A DNA stretch of 64,000 bases. It comes from an uncultured Acidobacteriota bacterium (GTDB lineage Bacteria; Acidobacteriota; Thermoanaerobaculia; Multivoradales; UBA5704). A program made the position numbers and the translations under genes. The stretch covers positions 1,233,025-1,297,024 of the forward strand of contig CAWCYZ010000002.1 of assembly GCA_963799925.1 (NCBI GenBank), given 5' to 3'. This document shows positions 11,039-20,366 of this stretch, in pieces; the first letter of the stretch is position 1; every line of letters begins with the position of its first letter. A model generated the notes under the pieces. That model was not told the DNA's origin. It saw only the letters and a list, made by a program, of their open reading frames with translations, and searched no databases.

Positions 11039-11340
11039 CGCCAGCCGGCCGGCCGCTGCCAATCGCCGCGGCGCGGCTCTTCCCGGGCCATCCGGCCGCC
11101 GATCTCGACCTCGCGACCGCCGCGCCGTTCGTCGTCGGTCGGCTGCTCGAGGACGGCGACGGCGCCGACCTCGCCTGGCTCTTCGGTGCCGTGCCCGAGC
11201 CCGAGGTGGCGCAGTGGCTGGGGCGGCGCGGCGGCCGGCACCTGTCGCGCCGGAGCCGCGCCTTCTGGCAGCTCGCGATCGGTCCAGCCGGCGCTCCCGA
11301 GCCCCCCGCCGCGGTCGCCGCCGAGCTGTGGCCGCTCTGA
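11035..11340 (+). CDS. small DUF6922-like protein, putative partner of the downstream AbiEii-family nucleotidyltransferase
   Basis: The GTG overlaps the divIVA stop (GTGA). The pattern LF..h...DLDL....PFVvgRLLEdGD...LaWLF......V..WL....R.LS.RS..FW recalls small proteins found upstream of AbiEii genes (from memory). Confidence 0.5.
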   Translation: MTPAGRPLPIAAARLFPGHPAADLDLATAAPFVVGRLLEDGDGADLAWLFGAVPEPEVAQWLGRRGGRHLSRRSRAFWQLAIGPAGAPEPPAAVAAELWPL

Positions 11341-12092
11341 GGCGCGCCTCGGCGGAGACGTCCGGCCCCGTGCGCCTGCAGCTCGCCCACCCCGAAGCGC
11401 TCGCCCCGGCGGCGCGGCAGCTCGCGGCGCGGCTCGCCGCCCGGCCCTTCGCCGAGGAGCTCTATCTCGCCGGCTCGGCGGCGCTCGCCCTCTACCTCGG
11501 ACACCGGCCGGTCAGAGACCTCGACCTGATGACCGGCACCAACCGCCTGACCGGCCCCGAGCGGCGCGACCTGCTGCAGGAGCTCCTGGCGCTCGACCCG
11601 CGCGTCGAGGTCGAGACGGCGCGCGACGGCTATCTCTTCGCCCGCTTTCCCGCCGGCTCCGCCGACACCGGCTCCGCGGATGGCGCCGGCGTCGGCGTGC
11701 GCTTCTTCTACTACCCCTACCCGCTGGCCGAGCCCGGCGAGGAGCTCGGCGGCCTCGAGGTTGCCTCGGCGGTCGACCTCGGGCTGATGAAGATCGCGGC
11801 GATCATCAGCCGCGGCGGCAAGCGCGACTTCGTCGACCTCTATCTCCTCTGCCGCGAGCTGCCGCTCGCCGCCTTGCTCGAGCGCGCCGCCGACAAGTTC
11901 GGCCACGTGCGCGACTTCCCGCTCCAGGCCCTGAAGGGGCTCGCCGACCTCTCGGCGACCGAGGGCGAGCCGATGCCTCCGGCGCTGCCCGCCCGGCCGC
12001 TCGCCTGGGAGGAGGTGACCGCCTGGGTGGCGAGCGAGGTCCGCTCGCTCGGGCGGGAGGCGGTGGGGCTGCCGCCTCTCCTCCTGCCATGA
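11328..12092 (+). CDS. nucleotidyltransferase AbiEii/AbiGii toxin-family protein
   Basis: The in-frame GTG at 11328 overlaps the upstream stop by 13 nt. LYLAGSAALALYLGHRPVRDLDLM..., GLMKIAAIISRGGKRDFVDLYLL and KFGHVRDFPLQALKGL are typical of DUF1814/AbiEii. Confidence 0.7.
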   Translation: MAALRRASAETSGPVRLQLAHPEALAPAARQLAARLAARPFAEELYLAGSAALALYLGHRPVRDLDLMTGTNRLTGPERRDLLQELLALDPRVEVETARDGYLFARFPAGSADTGSADGAGVGVRFFYYPYPLAEPGEELGGLEVASAVDLGLMKIAAIISRGGKRDFVDLYLLCRELPLAALLERAADKFGHVRDFPLQALKGLADLSATEGEPMPPALPARPLAWEEVTAWVASEVRSLGREAVGLPPLLLP

Positions 12093-13369
12093 AGCCCGCC
12101 GTCTCGCCCACCCTGCTGATCGAGGGCCTCGCCGAGGTGGCGACGCCGCTCGGCTCCTCCCCCCGGCGCGGCGCCGAGCAGGGGCGGGTCGCCCGCTGGC
12201 CGAACGCCGAGGTCCTCTGCCGCGACGGCCGGATCGTCTTCGTCGGACCGCACGAGGAGCGGGTGCGGCGCTTCGGCGAGCTGCCGCCGGCGGCCGGCGT
12301 CGAGCGCCTCGACGGCGGCGGCGGCACGCTCCTCCCCGGCTTCGTCGACCCCCACACCCACCTGCCTTGGGCCGGCAGCCGCGAGGAGGAGTTCGTGGCG
12401 CGCCTCGCCGGCACCACCTACCAGGAGATCGCGGCGGCGGGCGGCGGCATCCTCTCGACGGTCGCCGCGACCCGCCAGGCGAGCGAGGACGAGCTGGTCG
12501 ACAACGTCCGCCGCCGGCTCGACCTGATGCTCGCCTGGGGGACGACGACGGCCGAGGCGAAGAGCGGTTACGGGCTCGCCCTCGCCCCCGAGATGAAGCA
12601 GCTCCGCGCCATCGCCCGCGCCGCCGCCCTGCATGCCATCGACCTCGTGCCGACGCTGCTCGCCGCCCATGAGGTCCCCGCCGAGCACCGCGCCGACCGC
12701 GGGCGCTACGTCGACATCGTCTGCGCGGAGATCGTCCCCGCCGCCGCCGAGGCCGGGCTCGCCCGCTTCTGCGACGTCTTCTGCGAGCACGGAGTCTTCT
12801 CGGCGGCGGAGTCGCGGCGGGTGCTCGCGGCAGGAGCCGCGGCCGGCCTCCGGCCGCGGCTCCATGCCGACGAGTTCGCCGACTCCGGCGGCGCCGAACT
12901 CGCCGCCGAGATCGGCGCGCTTTCGGCCGACCACCTGATGGCGGTCTCGGCTCGCGGCGTCGAAGCGCTGGCGCATAGCGGCGTCACGGCGGTCCTGCTC
13001 CCCGGCACCAGCTTCTTCCTGATGAAGGACCGCTACGCGCCGGCGCGGCGCCTGATCGAGGCCGGCGTGCCGGTCGCCCTGGCGACCGACTGCAACCCCG
13101 GCTCCTCCTACACCGAGTCGATGCCGATGATCGTCACCCTGGCGGTCCTGAAGCTCGGCCTCACGATCACCGAGAGCCTCACCGCGGCGACCTTGAATGC
13201 CGCCTGCTCGCTGGGGCTCGGGGCCGAGATCGGGACGATCGAGGAGGGCAAGCGCGCCGATCTCCTGCTCCTCCGGGCGCCCAACCTGCTCCATCTCGTA
13301 TACCACTACGGGGTCAACCCGGTCGCGGCGGTCGTCAAGGGCGGGCGGGTGGTGCGGCGCGCGGTTTGA
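12089..13369 (+). CDS. hutI: imidazolonepropionase
   Basis: The ATG at 12089 overlaps the previous stop (ATGA). GFVDPHTHLPWAGSREEEF..., TTAEAKSGYGL, HADEF and ATDCNPGSS are amidohydrolase/HutI motifs. 426 aa. Confidence 0.9.
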   Translation: MKPAVSPTLLIEGLAEVATPLGSSPRRGAEQGRVARWPNAEVLCRDGRIVFVGPHEERVRRFGELPPAAGVERLDGGGGTLLPGFVDPHTHLPWAGSREEEFVARLAGTTYQEIAAAGGGILSTVAATRQASEDELVDNVRRRLDLMLAWGTTTAEAKSGYGLALAPEMKQLRAIARAAALHAIDLVPTLLAAHEVPAEHRADRGRYVDIVCAEIVPAAAEAGLARFCDVFCEHGVFSAAESRRVLAAGAAAGLRPRLHADEFADSGGAELAAEIGALSADHLMAVSARGVEALAHSGVTAVLLPGTSFFLMKDRYAPARRLIEAGVPVALATDCNPGSSYTESMPMIVTLAVLKLGLTITESLTAATLNAACSLGLGAEIGTIEEGKRADLLLLRAPNLLHLVYHYGVNPVAAVVKGGRVVRRAV

Positions 13370-13426
13370 CGTAGAATCCCGGCTTTACCGCCAAACTGAC
13401 GTCGTCGCCCCGAGAGGAGGACCGAC

Positions 13427-13927
13427 ATGGCTCGCATGAACAACCGCATCCTGCCCCCGATCGCTTGGTGTATCGCCCTGTCCCTGATATCGCTATCGAG
13501 CTCGCTCGCACCGGCGCGGGCTCTCGCCCAAGAGAAGCCAGCAGAGAAGAAGGAGAGACTCGCCATGGACAAGCCCGAAGGCAAGGAAGTCGTCACCAGC
13601 TCCGGCCTGAAATACGTCGACCACAAGATCGGCGAAGGCGACGAGGCGAAATCTGGCGACGTGGTGACGGTCCATTACACGGGCTGGCTCACCGACGGCA
13701 AGAAGTTCGACTCGAGCCTCGACCGCAACCAGCCCTTCACCTTCAAGCTCGGCGCCGGCCAGGTGATCGAGGGCTGGGACAAGGGGGTCGCCGGGATGAA
13801 GATGGGCGGCAAGCGCAAGCTCACCATCCCTCCCGGCCTCGCCTACGGCACGCAGGCCGTGGGCGGCGTCATCCCGCCCAACTCGACCCTGGTCTTCGAG
13901 GTCGAGCTGCTGAATATTAAAAAGTAG
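13427..13927 (+). CDS. FKBP-type peptidyl-prolyl cis-trans isomerase (exported)
   Basis: Signal-like N-terminus, then GDVVTVHYTGWLTDGKKFDSSLDRNQPFTFKLGAGQVIEGWDKGVAGMKMGGKRKLTIPP.LAYG...IPPNSTLVFEVELL. Confidence 0.9.
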   Translation: MARMNNRILPPIAWCIALSLISLSSSLAPARALAQEKPAEKKERLAMDKPEGKEVVTSSGLKYVDHKIGEGDEAKSGDVVTVHYTGWLTDGKKFDSSLDRNQPFTFKLGAGQVIEGWDKGVAGMKMGGKRKLTIPPGLAYGTQAVGGVIPPNSTLVFEVELLNIKK

Positions 13928-13994
13928 GATCTTCGTCGCGGTTCTGGCGGGTGTTCTAGGCGCTGCGACGTCGCCCGAACGCCCAGCGCAGCCC

Positions 13995-14029
13995 TTCCCG
14001 GACGTGTTTCCGTGACGCCGGTCCGGGAA
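13995..14029. terminator. hairpin between convergent genes (possible bidirectional terminator)
   Basis: TTCCCGGAC-16 nt-GTCCGGGAA, a perfect 9-bp inverted repeat. No clear U tract. Confidence 0.4.
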
Positions 14030-14037
14030 CCCGCCGT

Positions 14038-14268
14038 CTACGAGCTGCTCTTTTTCTTCGGGACCTTGGCGCCTTCCTTCCGCGCCTCCGAGAGGCCGAT
14101 GGCGATCGCCTGCTTGCGGCTGGTCACCTTCTTGCCCGACTTGCCCGAACGGAGGGTGCCCGCCTTCTTCTCGTGCATCGCCTTCTCGACCTTTTCGCCG
14201 GCCTTCGAGCTGGACTTCTTCGTCGTCGTCGATTTCTTGCTGCCGGTCGTCTTCTTCTTGGTTGCCAC
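14038..14268 (-). CDS. small Lys/Ser/Thr-rich basic protein (DUF6496-like)
   Basis: GTG at 14268 with AGGAGG 7 nt upstream. The core MHEKKAGTLRSGKSGKKVTSRKQAIAIGLSEARKEG resembles the DUF6496 family as I remember it. Confidence 0.6.
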   Translation of the reverse strand: MATKKKTTGSKKSTTTKKSSSKAGEKVEKAMHEKKAGTLRSGKSGKKVTSRKQAIAIGLSEARKEGAKVPKKKSSS

Positions 14269-14363
14269 GGTGTCACCTCCTGCAACGCGACAAATGCAAG
14301 CGGCGCGCCGGTGCGACACCGCTCACGACGGCGTCTTCGCCGAGACCCTCCTCGATCCGTAGC

Positions 14364-16037
14364 TCACCGGGCTTCGTCGGCCGCGTACTCCGGACGGATG
14401 TCGACCGGCAGACCGGCGAGGCGTCCGATGGCGGTGCGGAGCGCCGGGCCCGGCTCGCCGTAGGTGGCGAGGAAGCGCTTCGTCCCGGCGTAGTCGCCGG
14501 CCGCCTGGAGGGTCAGGATGTCGTGCAGCAGGTCGCGGATGGCGGCGGGGAACCGCTCCGAGACGGCGTGGAAGCGGGCCTCCCCATCCTCGACCAGGGC
14601 ACCCTTCGCCAGCAGATAGTTGAGCTGCGCGACGACCCCCTGGCCGTGGGCCTCGTCGATGCCGAAGCGTGCCGCGCGCACCAGGCCGGCGACGTAGGTG
14701 GGCTCGAGGGCGCGGACGATCTCCCGCGGCGCGGCGCCCTGCCCGGCGAGCGCCAGGAGGTTGTAGATCCCCATGACGTCGGCCTTCGCCTCCTCGAGGG
14801 TCGAATAGAGCTCCTTGAGCTCCAGGCGCACCTCGGTCCGGCGGCCGCCGACCTCGATCGTCCCCGGCCCCATGCCGTGCGACAGCTCGTGGTGGAGGAC
14901 CTCGTGGAAGTAGGCGTCGAAGGTGACGCGCCCGGCGTCGCCGGGGGCGAGCGCCAGCGCGGCGACCGGCAGCAGGATCTTGTCGTACTTGGCACGCATG
15001 ACGTTGTGGAGGAGGACGTTCTTCAAGCCCTTGGCCTCGCGTACGCGCTCGTCGTTCGGCAGGTTGAAGGCGAGCGCCTGGACGCCGGCCGCGGCATCGC
15101 CCGCGGCGTAGGCCAGGTCGACGACGCGGATAGGGCTCTCGGCGCCACGGTGGAGGTTCTTGTCGCCGTCAGGAATGGGGAGGTTGCGCTCGAGCCACGG
15201 CAGGCGCTCCTTGTAGCGCGCCAGCGCCGCCGAGACCGCCGGCAGCGCCACCGTGACGAAGGCCTCGAACGCCGCCTTGTAGCCGAAGAGGCCGTCGCCG
15301 TAGGTCTCGTAGGGGCCGATCGTCACCTCGATCGGCGCGTCGACGTCCAACCAGGCGAGGTCGCTCGGGTAGTAGTCGTTCGACAGGAACGCCGCGGCGC
15401 GGGTCTCGAGGTAGCGCTTGAGGGAGGCGTTCTCGGTGGCCGCGCCGGCGGCGCGGAGGCGCTCGGCGGCGGGCCCGAGCCAGGTCCGGTACTCTTCGCA
15501 GTAGGGCACCGCGACGAGGTCCTCGCCGCGCCGGCGGATCGCCGTCACCGGCGAGAGGAACGCCTCCCGGTCGCCGGGATGGACCGCCATCCAGCGCTCG
15601 AGCTCCTCGCGGGTCATGTCCTCCGGGTAGTAGCCCTCGCCTTCCGGGTGCGGGCGGTCGCCGACGAACGGCCGCATCGCATCCAGCCGGTCCCAGGGCC
15701 CGAAGTTGATGGCGAAATAGGCGCGCGCGGCCGCCGCGAGCGGGCCTGACGCCGCGGCCAGGAGGCGCTCGAGCCCCGGGTTCGCCGGCGAGACCTGGCG
15801 CAGGAAGACGGCGTTCAGCTCGCGCGCCGCGGCGATCGTCGCCGCGAGCACTCGGTGGTCCGCGGGCGTCAAGTGCGAGGTGTCGGCCGCCAGCGGCGTC
15901 GGCGAGAGCTGCGCCAGGCGCTCGCGGATGTCCGGCGCGATCGCCGGCATCTCGCCTAGCGGGGCGGCGGGGTCGGGTGGAGCGGATTCGAGGTCGAGCA
16001 CGGTCCTATCGTGGCACACCGCTCGCATGGGGGCCAA
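14364..16037 (-). CDS. M49-family (dipeptidyl-peptidase III-like) zinc metallopeptidase
   Basis: FHEVLHHELSHGMGPG (HExxH-type) and a downstream LEEAKADVMG second zinc motif. 557-aa ORF. The exact start is uncertain. Confidence 0.75.
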   Translation of the reverse strand: MAPMRAVCHDRTVLDLESAPPDPAAPLGEMPAIAPDIRERLAQLSPTPLAADTSHLTPADHRVLAATIAAARELNAVFLRQVSPANPGLERLLAAASGPLAAAARAYFAINFGPWDRLDAMRPFVGDRPHPEGEGYYPEDMTREELERWMAVHPGDREAFLSPVTAIRRRGEDLVAVPYCEEYRTWLGPAAERLRAAGAATENASLKRYLETRAAAFLSNDYYPSDLAWLDVDAPIEVTIGPYETYGDGLFGYKAAFEAFVTVALPAVSAALARYKERLPWLERNLPIPDGDKNLHRGAESPIRVVDLAYAAGDAAAGVQALAFNLPNDERVREAKGLKNVLLHNVMRAKYDKILLPVAALALAPGDAGRVTFDAYFHEVLHHELSHGMGPGTIEVGGRRTEVRLELKELYSTLEEAKADVMGIYNLLALAGQGAAPREIVRALEPTYVAGLVRAARFGIDEAHGQGVVAQLNYLLAKGALVEDGEARFHAVSERFPAAIRDLLHDILTLQAAGDYAGTKRFLATYGEPGPALRTAIGRLAGLPVDIRPEYAADEAR

Positions 16038-16192
16038 GTGCCGCGCCGCAGGCTGGCGGAGCGCGCCGCGAACGTGCCGTTATGTCGAGAGGACCGCGTC
16101 AAATCCTACCTTCACGCCGCCCATCGCTCGTCGCTCGGTATCGACACCAGGAGCACGACGGCGGGGCACCAAAGAGCCCCCGAGGAGCCTTG

Positions 16193-16657
16193 ATGATGAG
16201 ACGTTTCAGTATCGTTGCGCTGCTGTCCATCGCCCTCGCCGCGCCTGCCGCGGCGCAGGACATCGCCTTCCGCGGCTTCGGCGTGCACGCCGGCGCCGGC
16301 TTCTCCCCCGGCCAGATCGTCGGCGGCTTCCAGTTGAACCTGGGCGAGATCGTGCCCCGCCTGCGCCTGCAACCCGATCTCGAGGTGGGGGTGGGCGGCG
16401 GACAGACCGAGGTCGACGCCACGATCCCCGTCTACTACCGGATCCCGCTCGACCCCCGCACCACCTTGTACGCCGGCGGCGGCGTCACCCTGGGCTCGGT
16501 CGACCAGGGCCACCACCGCGGCAGCGAGTTCCTCGTCGAGCCGTCGGCGGCGGTCGGGCTCGAGTACCCCGCCGCGACCGGCCACGTCTTCGGTCAGCTC
16601 ACCGTGACCGGCGGCGACTTCAATCGCCTGCGGCTGGTCGCCGGCTGGAACTTCTAG
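16193..16657 (+). CDS. small outer-membrane beta-barrel-like protein
   Basis: GAGGAG lies 5 nt upstream of the ATG at 16193. Signal peptide MMRRFSIVALLSIALAAPAAAQ, alternating beta-strand pattern, C-terminal ...LVAGWNF. Confidence 0.65.
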   Translation: MMRRFSIVALLSIALAAPAAAQDIAFRGFGVHAGAGFSPGQIVGGFQLNLGEIVPRLRLQPDLEVGVGGGQTEVDATIPVYYRIPLDPRTTLYAGGGVTLGSVDQGHHRGSEFLVEPSAAVGLEYPAATGHVFGQLTVTGGDFNRLRLVAGWNF

Positions 16658-16659
16658 AG

Positions 16660-17316
16660 TCAGCGCTGGCCGGCGCAGCGCTCGCCGGCGCAGACGGCGG
16701 CGCGCGCGGCGAGGTCGAGGAGCTTACCGCCGTCGAGCAGGAAGGTGCCGCGCGGCTCGACGACGAAGGTGAGCGTCACCTGCGGCCCGCGCCCGTCGGC
16801 ACGCAGGAGCGCGGCCAGCGCCGGCGAGAGGTCCGCCGCGTCGTAGGTCCAGGTCTCCACCCTGGCCTTGCGGGTCTCGGCGAGCGGCCGTCCGCCGAGC
16901 CGCCCCGGCTCCCACACGGCGGCCGGCTTCTGACCGGAGGCGAGGAGCGGCGGCGGCCCGAGGAGGATGAGCGCGCGGCCGCGGTCGGTCAGGCTGCCGC
17001 GCACCTCCGGCTCGCCATAGAGGCGGTCCGCCGCCTCGACTCGCTGATAGAACGCCTGCACGAAGGGGTTTCCCGGCTGCCCGGGGTCCGGGTCGCGGCG
17101 GCGCCAGAACATCTCCATGAAGGCGACCGCCTGCTGGTTGGTCCGGATGCGGCGCAGCTGCCTGGCTTCGTCGGGGAGGATCAGCCAGCGCGCCGGGCCC
17201 TCCGCCCACTCCGCGACCGCTCCCGCCGCCTGCGGCCGCACCCCCGGCTGGCAGGCGAGCCATAGCAGGCCGGAGAGCAGCGAGAAGACAGAGGCGACGG
17301 CGCGCGATCGGGTCAC
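16660..17316 (-). CDS. GWxTD-like domain lipoprotein
   Basis: Lipobox LLWLAC. FMEMFWRRRDPDPGQPGNPFVQAFYQRVEAADRLY...RGSLTDRGRALILLGPP resembles the GWxTD domain, with Ser in the Trp position. Confidence 0.6.
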   Translation of the reverse strand: MTRSRAVASVFSLLSGLLWLACQPGVRPQAAGAVAEWAEGPARWLILPDEARQLRRIRTNQQAVAFMEMFWRRRDPDPGQPGNPFVQAFYQRVEAADRLYGEPEVRGSLTDRGRALILLGPPPLLASGQKPAAVWEPGRLGGRPLAETRKARVETWTYDAADLSPALAALLRADGRGPQVTLTFVVEPRGTFLLDGGKLLDLAARAAVCAGERCAGQR

Positions 17317-17327
17317 CCGTCACCCGC

Positions 17328-17609
17328 TCAGTGCACGCTGTCCCCTCCGACCGGCTCGGCGGCCTCGGGGATGGTGCCGTAGGTCTGCTCGTAGCGCTCG
17401 AGATTGGCGGCGAGCGCACGGAGGATCCGTTTGAGATGGCCGGGGCTGGTGACGATCCGGGCGGTGACGATGCCCTGCGGCGGCACCAGGTTGATGAAAT
17501 CGAGGATGAACTCCTCGCGGGTATGGGTGATGCGGAGGAGGTTCGAGTAGCGGCCTTTGAGCTCCTCGTCGCCGATCTTGACGTTGAGTCCCGCTTCGGG
17601 CTCGGCCAT
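17328..17609 (-). CDS. DUF3467 domain-containing protein
   Basis: KGRYSNLLRITHTREEFILDFINLVPPQGIVTARIVTSPGHLKRILRAL matches the DUF3467 pattern as remembered. Confidence 0.75.
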   Translation of the reverse strand: MAEPEAGLNVKIGDEELKGRYSNLLRITHTREEFILDFINLVPPQGIVTARIVTSPGHLKRILRALAANLERYEQTYGTIPEAAEPVGGDSVH

Positions 17610-17706
17610 CGCGTGCGTCTCCTTGTCAGCTAGAGATCCATGCTACCGCATTCGGCGGATGGCACTTGGCGGCACGGCAGCCGCCGGGCAGCCACCGGGC
17701 GCCACG

Positions 17707-19005
17707 TCACTCCTCGCGCACGTAGACCGCCAGATCCGCGGTGTTGGTGCCGGTCGGTCCGGTCGTCAGCAGCGCGTCCGGCAGCGCGGCGAGCGCGGTG
17801 TGCGAGTCGTGGCGGGCGAGGGCCGACGCGGGATCGATCCCGGCCGCCTTCAGAGCCTCCCACGAGCGGCCGTCGACGAGCGCGCCGGCCGCTCCCGTCT
17901 CGGCATCCTCGCCGTCGGTGGCGAGCGCCAGCACCAGCTCCTCGCCGGGCGCGCCGGCGGCGAGCGCCCGCGCCGCCGCGAGAGCGAGCTCCTGATTCCT
18001 GCCGCCGCAGCCGGCGCCGCCGCCCGGCGGCAGGGTGACGGCGGTCTCGCCGCCCAGGGCGAGGACGACCCGCTCGCCGGCGAGGCGCCGGCCGTGCGCC
18101 ACCAGGCCGGCCGCCGCCGCCGCCGCCTCGCCGGCGAGCGGACCCTCCTCGGCGGCGAAGCCCAGCCGCCGGGCCTCGGCGGCCACCGCTCGCGAGGCGG
18201 TCCGCGGCCCGGCGAGGATGCGGGTCGTCAGGCGCGCGAGCGCCGGGTCGCCCGGCTTGACCGTCTCCGGCCGCTCGCCCCGCGCGCCGGCCTCGAGGTG
18301 CGCGGCGACCGCCGGCGGCAGGGCGAGCCGGGCGACGGCATTGACCGCGTCGGCGAAGGTCGACGGATCGGCGGCGAACGGACCGGAGGCGACGACCGCT
18401 GGGTCGTCGCCCGGCACGTCGGAGAGGATGAGGGCGAGGACCGGCGCCCGGCAGGCGCAGAGCGCCCCGCCCCCCTTGATGGCCGAGAGATGCTTGCGGA
18501 CGGCGTTGACGGCGTCGATGGCGAGGCCGGCGCCGAGGAGCGCCCGCTGGGTCGCCGCCAGATCGTCGAGCGAGAGGTCGCCGGCGGGCCGCTCGAGGCA
18601 GGCGGAGGCGCCGCCCGAGAGGAGCACGAGCAGCCGGTCCTGGGGACCGAGGGCGGCGAGGAAGGCGAGGAGGCGCTCGCCGGCCGCGAGGCTCGCCGCG
18701 TCCGCCAGGGGATGGCCACCGGTCAGCTCCTCCCAGGCGGGGTCGCCGAGCGCCGGGCTGCCGTGCGGGCGGATGAGGAGGCGCGGCGCCGCCGGGGGCA
18801 GGGCGTCCCCCACGCCGCGCACCATCGCCGCGGCGGCCTTGCCGAGGGCGACGGCGGCGGCGGCGGCGAAGCGGGCGGAGCGGCCTGGATTCGAGCCGCC
18901 GGCGAGGGCCGCAGCCACCCGGCTCGCCGGATCGACCGCCGACAAACCGACGCCGGCCAGGTGGCGCGCGAGCGCGGCGAGCCGCGCGGGGTCCTTGGGG
19001 ATCAA
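17707..19005 (-). CDS. glycerate 2-kinase / hydroxypyruvate reductase-like (DUF4147 + MOFRL)
   Basis: RKHLSAIKGGG, ALGGETAVTLP, GCGGRNQELALAAA, ATDGEDAETGAAGALVDG and TGPTGTNTADL are hallmark motifs. Confidence 0.85.
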   Translation of the reverse strand: MIPKDPARLAALARHLAGVGLSAVDPASRVAAALAGGSNPGRSARFAAAAAVALGKAAAAMVRGVGDALPPAAPRLLIRPHGSPALGDPAWEELTGGHPLADAASLAAGERLLAFLAALGPQDRLLVLLSGGASACLERPAGDLSLDDLAATQRALLGAGLAIDAVNAVRKHLSAIKGGGALCACRAPVLALILSDVPGDDPAVVASGPFAADPSTFADAVNAVARLALPPAVAAHLEAGARGERPETVKPGDPALARLTTRILAGPRTASRAVAAEARRLGFAAEEGPLAGEAAAAAAGLVAHGRRLAGERVVLALGGETAVTLPPGGGAGCGGRNQELALAAARALAAGAPGEELVLALATDGEDAETGAAGALVDGRSWEALKAAGIDPASALARHDSHTALAALPDALLTTGPTGTNTADLAVYVREE

Positions 19006-20366
19006 GGCTTTCCCGCCGGCTCCGGACGGTCGTCACCGGGCTCCCACTCGATCTCGCCGCGGAAATCCCAGCGATGCTCGGGGAAATAGACGCCGACGCC
19101 GCCGGTCCGCGCCGTCACGGTGAAGCCCAGGGTGCGCTGGCGGTAATCGTAGGGGGCCCCGTCACGGGTGTGGATGGCGACGTCGACGACGTAGTCGCCG
19201 GGCGCCAGGCGGAGGGCCGGGCAGACCACGCGGACCGTCGCTTCCCCCGCGAACCGGCCGGGGGCGAAACCTTCGAGGTCGGTGTTGGTGCCCCAGCACT
19301 CGAAGCCGCGGGGAGTGGCGACGGCGATGCCGAAGACGAAGTCGGCGAGCGGCTGCGCGGCGCGGACCACGATCTCGAAGGTGGCCGCCTCCCCCGACTC
19401 CAGGTGGTAGCGCTCCGCCCCGTCGGCGCCGAGGATACGGACCGCGACGATCTCCGCCTCGCCGGAGCCCCAGCGGCGCCCCTCGCCGCCATCGCCGTCC
19501 TGCCGCTCCTTGGCGGCGCGGTGCTCGTCCCCCTCGCGCTCGGCGACCTGCTGGCGATAGGCGTCGATCACCCGCCGCGGCTCGTCGACCAGCCGCTGCC
19601 GGCCGTTGTCGAGCCAGAGCACGCGGTCGCAGATGGCGCCGACCAGGTCGAGCGAGTGGCTGACCAGGAGGAGGGTCCTCCCGGCGGCCAGGAACTCCTC
19701 GATGCGGCGCAGGCAGCGGTGGGCGAAGGCCTCGTCGCCCACCGCCAGCACCTCGTCGACCAGCAACACGTCGGGGTCGGTGTGGACGGCGACCGCGAAG
19801 CCGAGCCGCACGTACATGCCCGACGAGTAGTTCTTGACCGGCTCCTCCATGAAGTCGGCGAGGCCGGAGAACTCGACGATCTCGTCGTAGCGGCGGGCGA
19901 TCTCGCGCCGCGGCAGGCCGAGGACGGCGCCGTTGATGAAGACGTTCTCGCGCCCCGAGATCTCGGGGTGGAAACCCGCCCCCAGCTCGATCAGCGCCGC
20001 CAGCCGACCGGCGACGGCGATCCGCCCGGTGGTCGGCTGGAGCATGCCGGCGACGAGCTTCAGGAGCGTCGACTTCCCCGAGCCGTTGCCGCCGATCACC
20101 CCGAACGCCTCGCCCGCCGGCACGCGGAAGTCGACGCCGTCCAGGGCGACGATCGCCTCCTCGCGCTTCAGGTTCCGGGTGAGGTTGCCCTCGACGAGGG
20201 CGCTCTTGAGGGTGCGGAACTGGTCGCCCGGCGCGGTCCGCCGGTAGAGCTTGGTGAGCCCCTCGACGCGGATCGCCGCGGGCGGGACCGGTCGATCGAC
20301 CGCCGAGGCCGCGGGCGCCTCGGAGGTCGCCGCGGGCGGCGGCTGGCGCTCTCTCCCCAGCCTCAC
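19002..20366 (-). CDS. polysaccharide/O-antigen ABC exporter ATP-binding protein (Wzt/TagH-like with C-terminal carbohydrate-binding-type domain)
   Basis: The GTG at 20366 overlaps the permease stop (GTGA). Walker A GGNGSGKSTLLK, signature YSSGMYVRLGF, Walker B LLVDEVLAVGD. The ~160-aa beta-rich C-terminal extension is typical of Wzt. Confidence 0.9.
   Translation of the reverse strand: MRLGRERQPPPAATSEAPAASAVDRPVPPAAIRVEGLTKLYRRTAPGDQFRTLKSALVEGNLTRNLKREEAIVALDGVDFRVPAGEAFGVIGGNGSGKSTLLKLVAGMLQPTTGRIAVAGRLAALIELGAGFHPEISGRENVFINGAVLGLPRREIARRYDEIVEFSGLADFMEEPVKNYSSGMYVRLGFAVAVHTDPDVLLVDEVLAVGDEAFAHRCLRRIEEFLAAGRTLLLVSHSLDLVGAICDRVLWLDNGRQRLVDEPRRVIDAYRQQVAEREGDEHRAAKERQDGDGGEGRRWGSGEAEIVAVRILGADGAERYHLESGEAATFEIVVRAAQPLADFVFGIAVATPRGFECWGTNTDLEGFAPGRFAGEATVRVVCPALRLAPGDYVVDVAIHTRDGAPYDYRQRTLGFTVTARTGGVGVYFPEHRWDFRGEIEWEPGDDRPEPAGKP

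Noticed and set aside
11186-12088. Long upstream part of ORF 11186-13369 as an N-terminal extension of hutI.
   Set aside because: It is Arg/Pro-rich off-frame sequence overlapping the well-supported AbiEii-family frame. HutI homology starts at ATG 12089.
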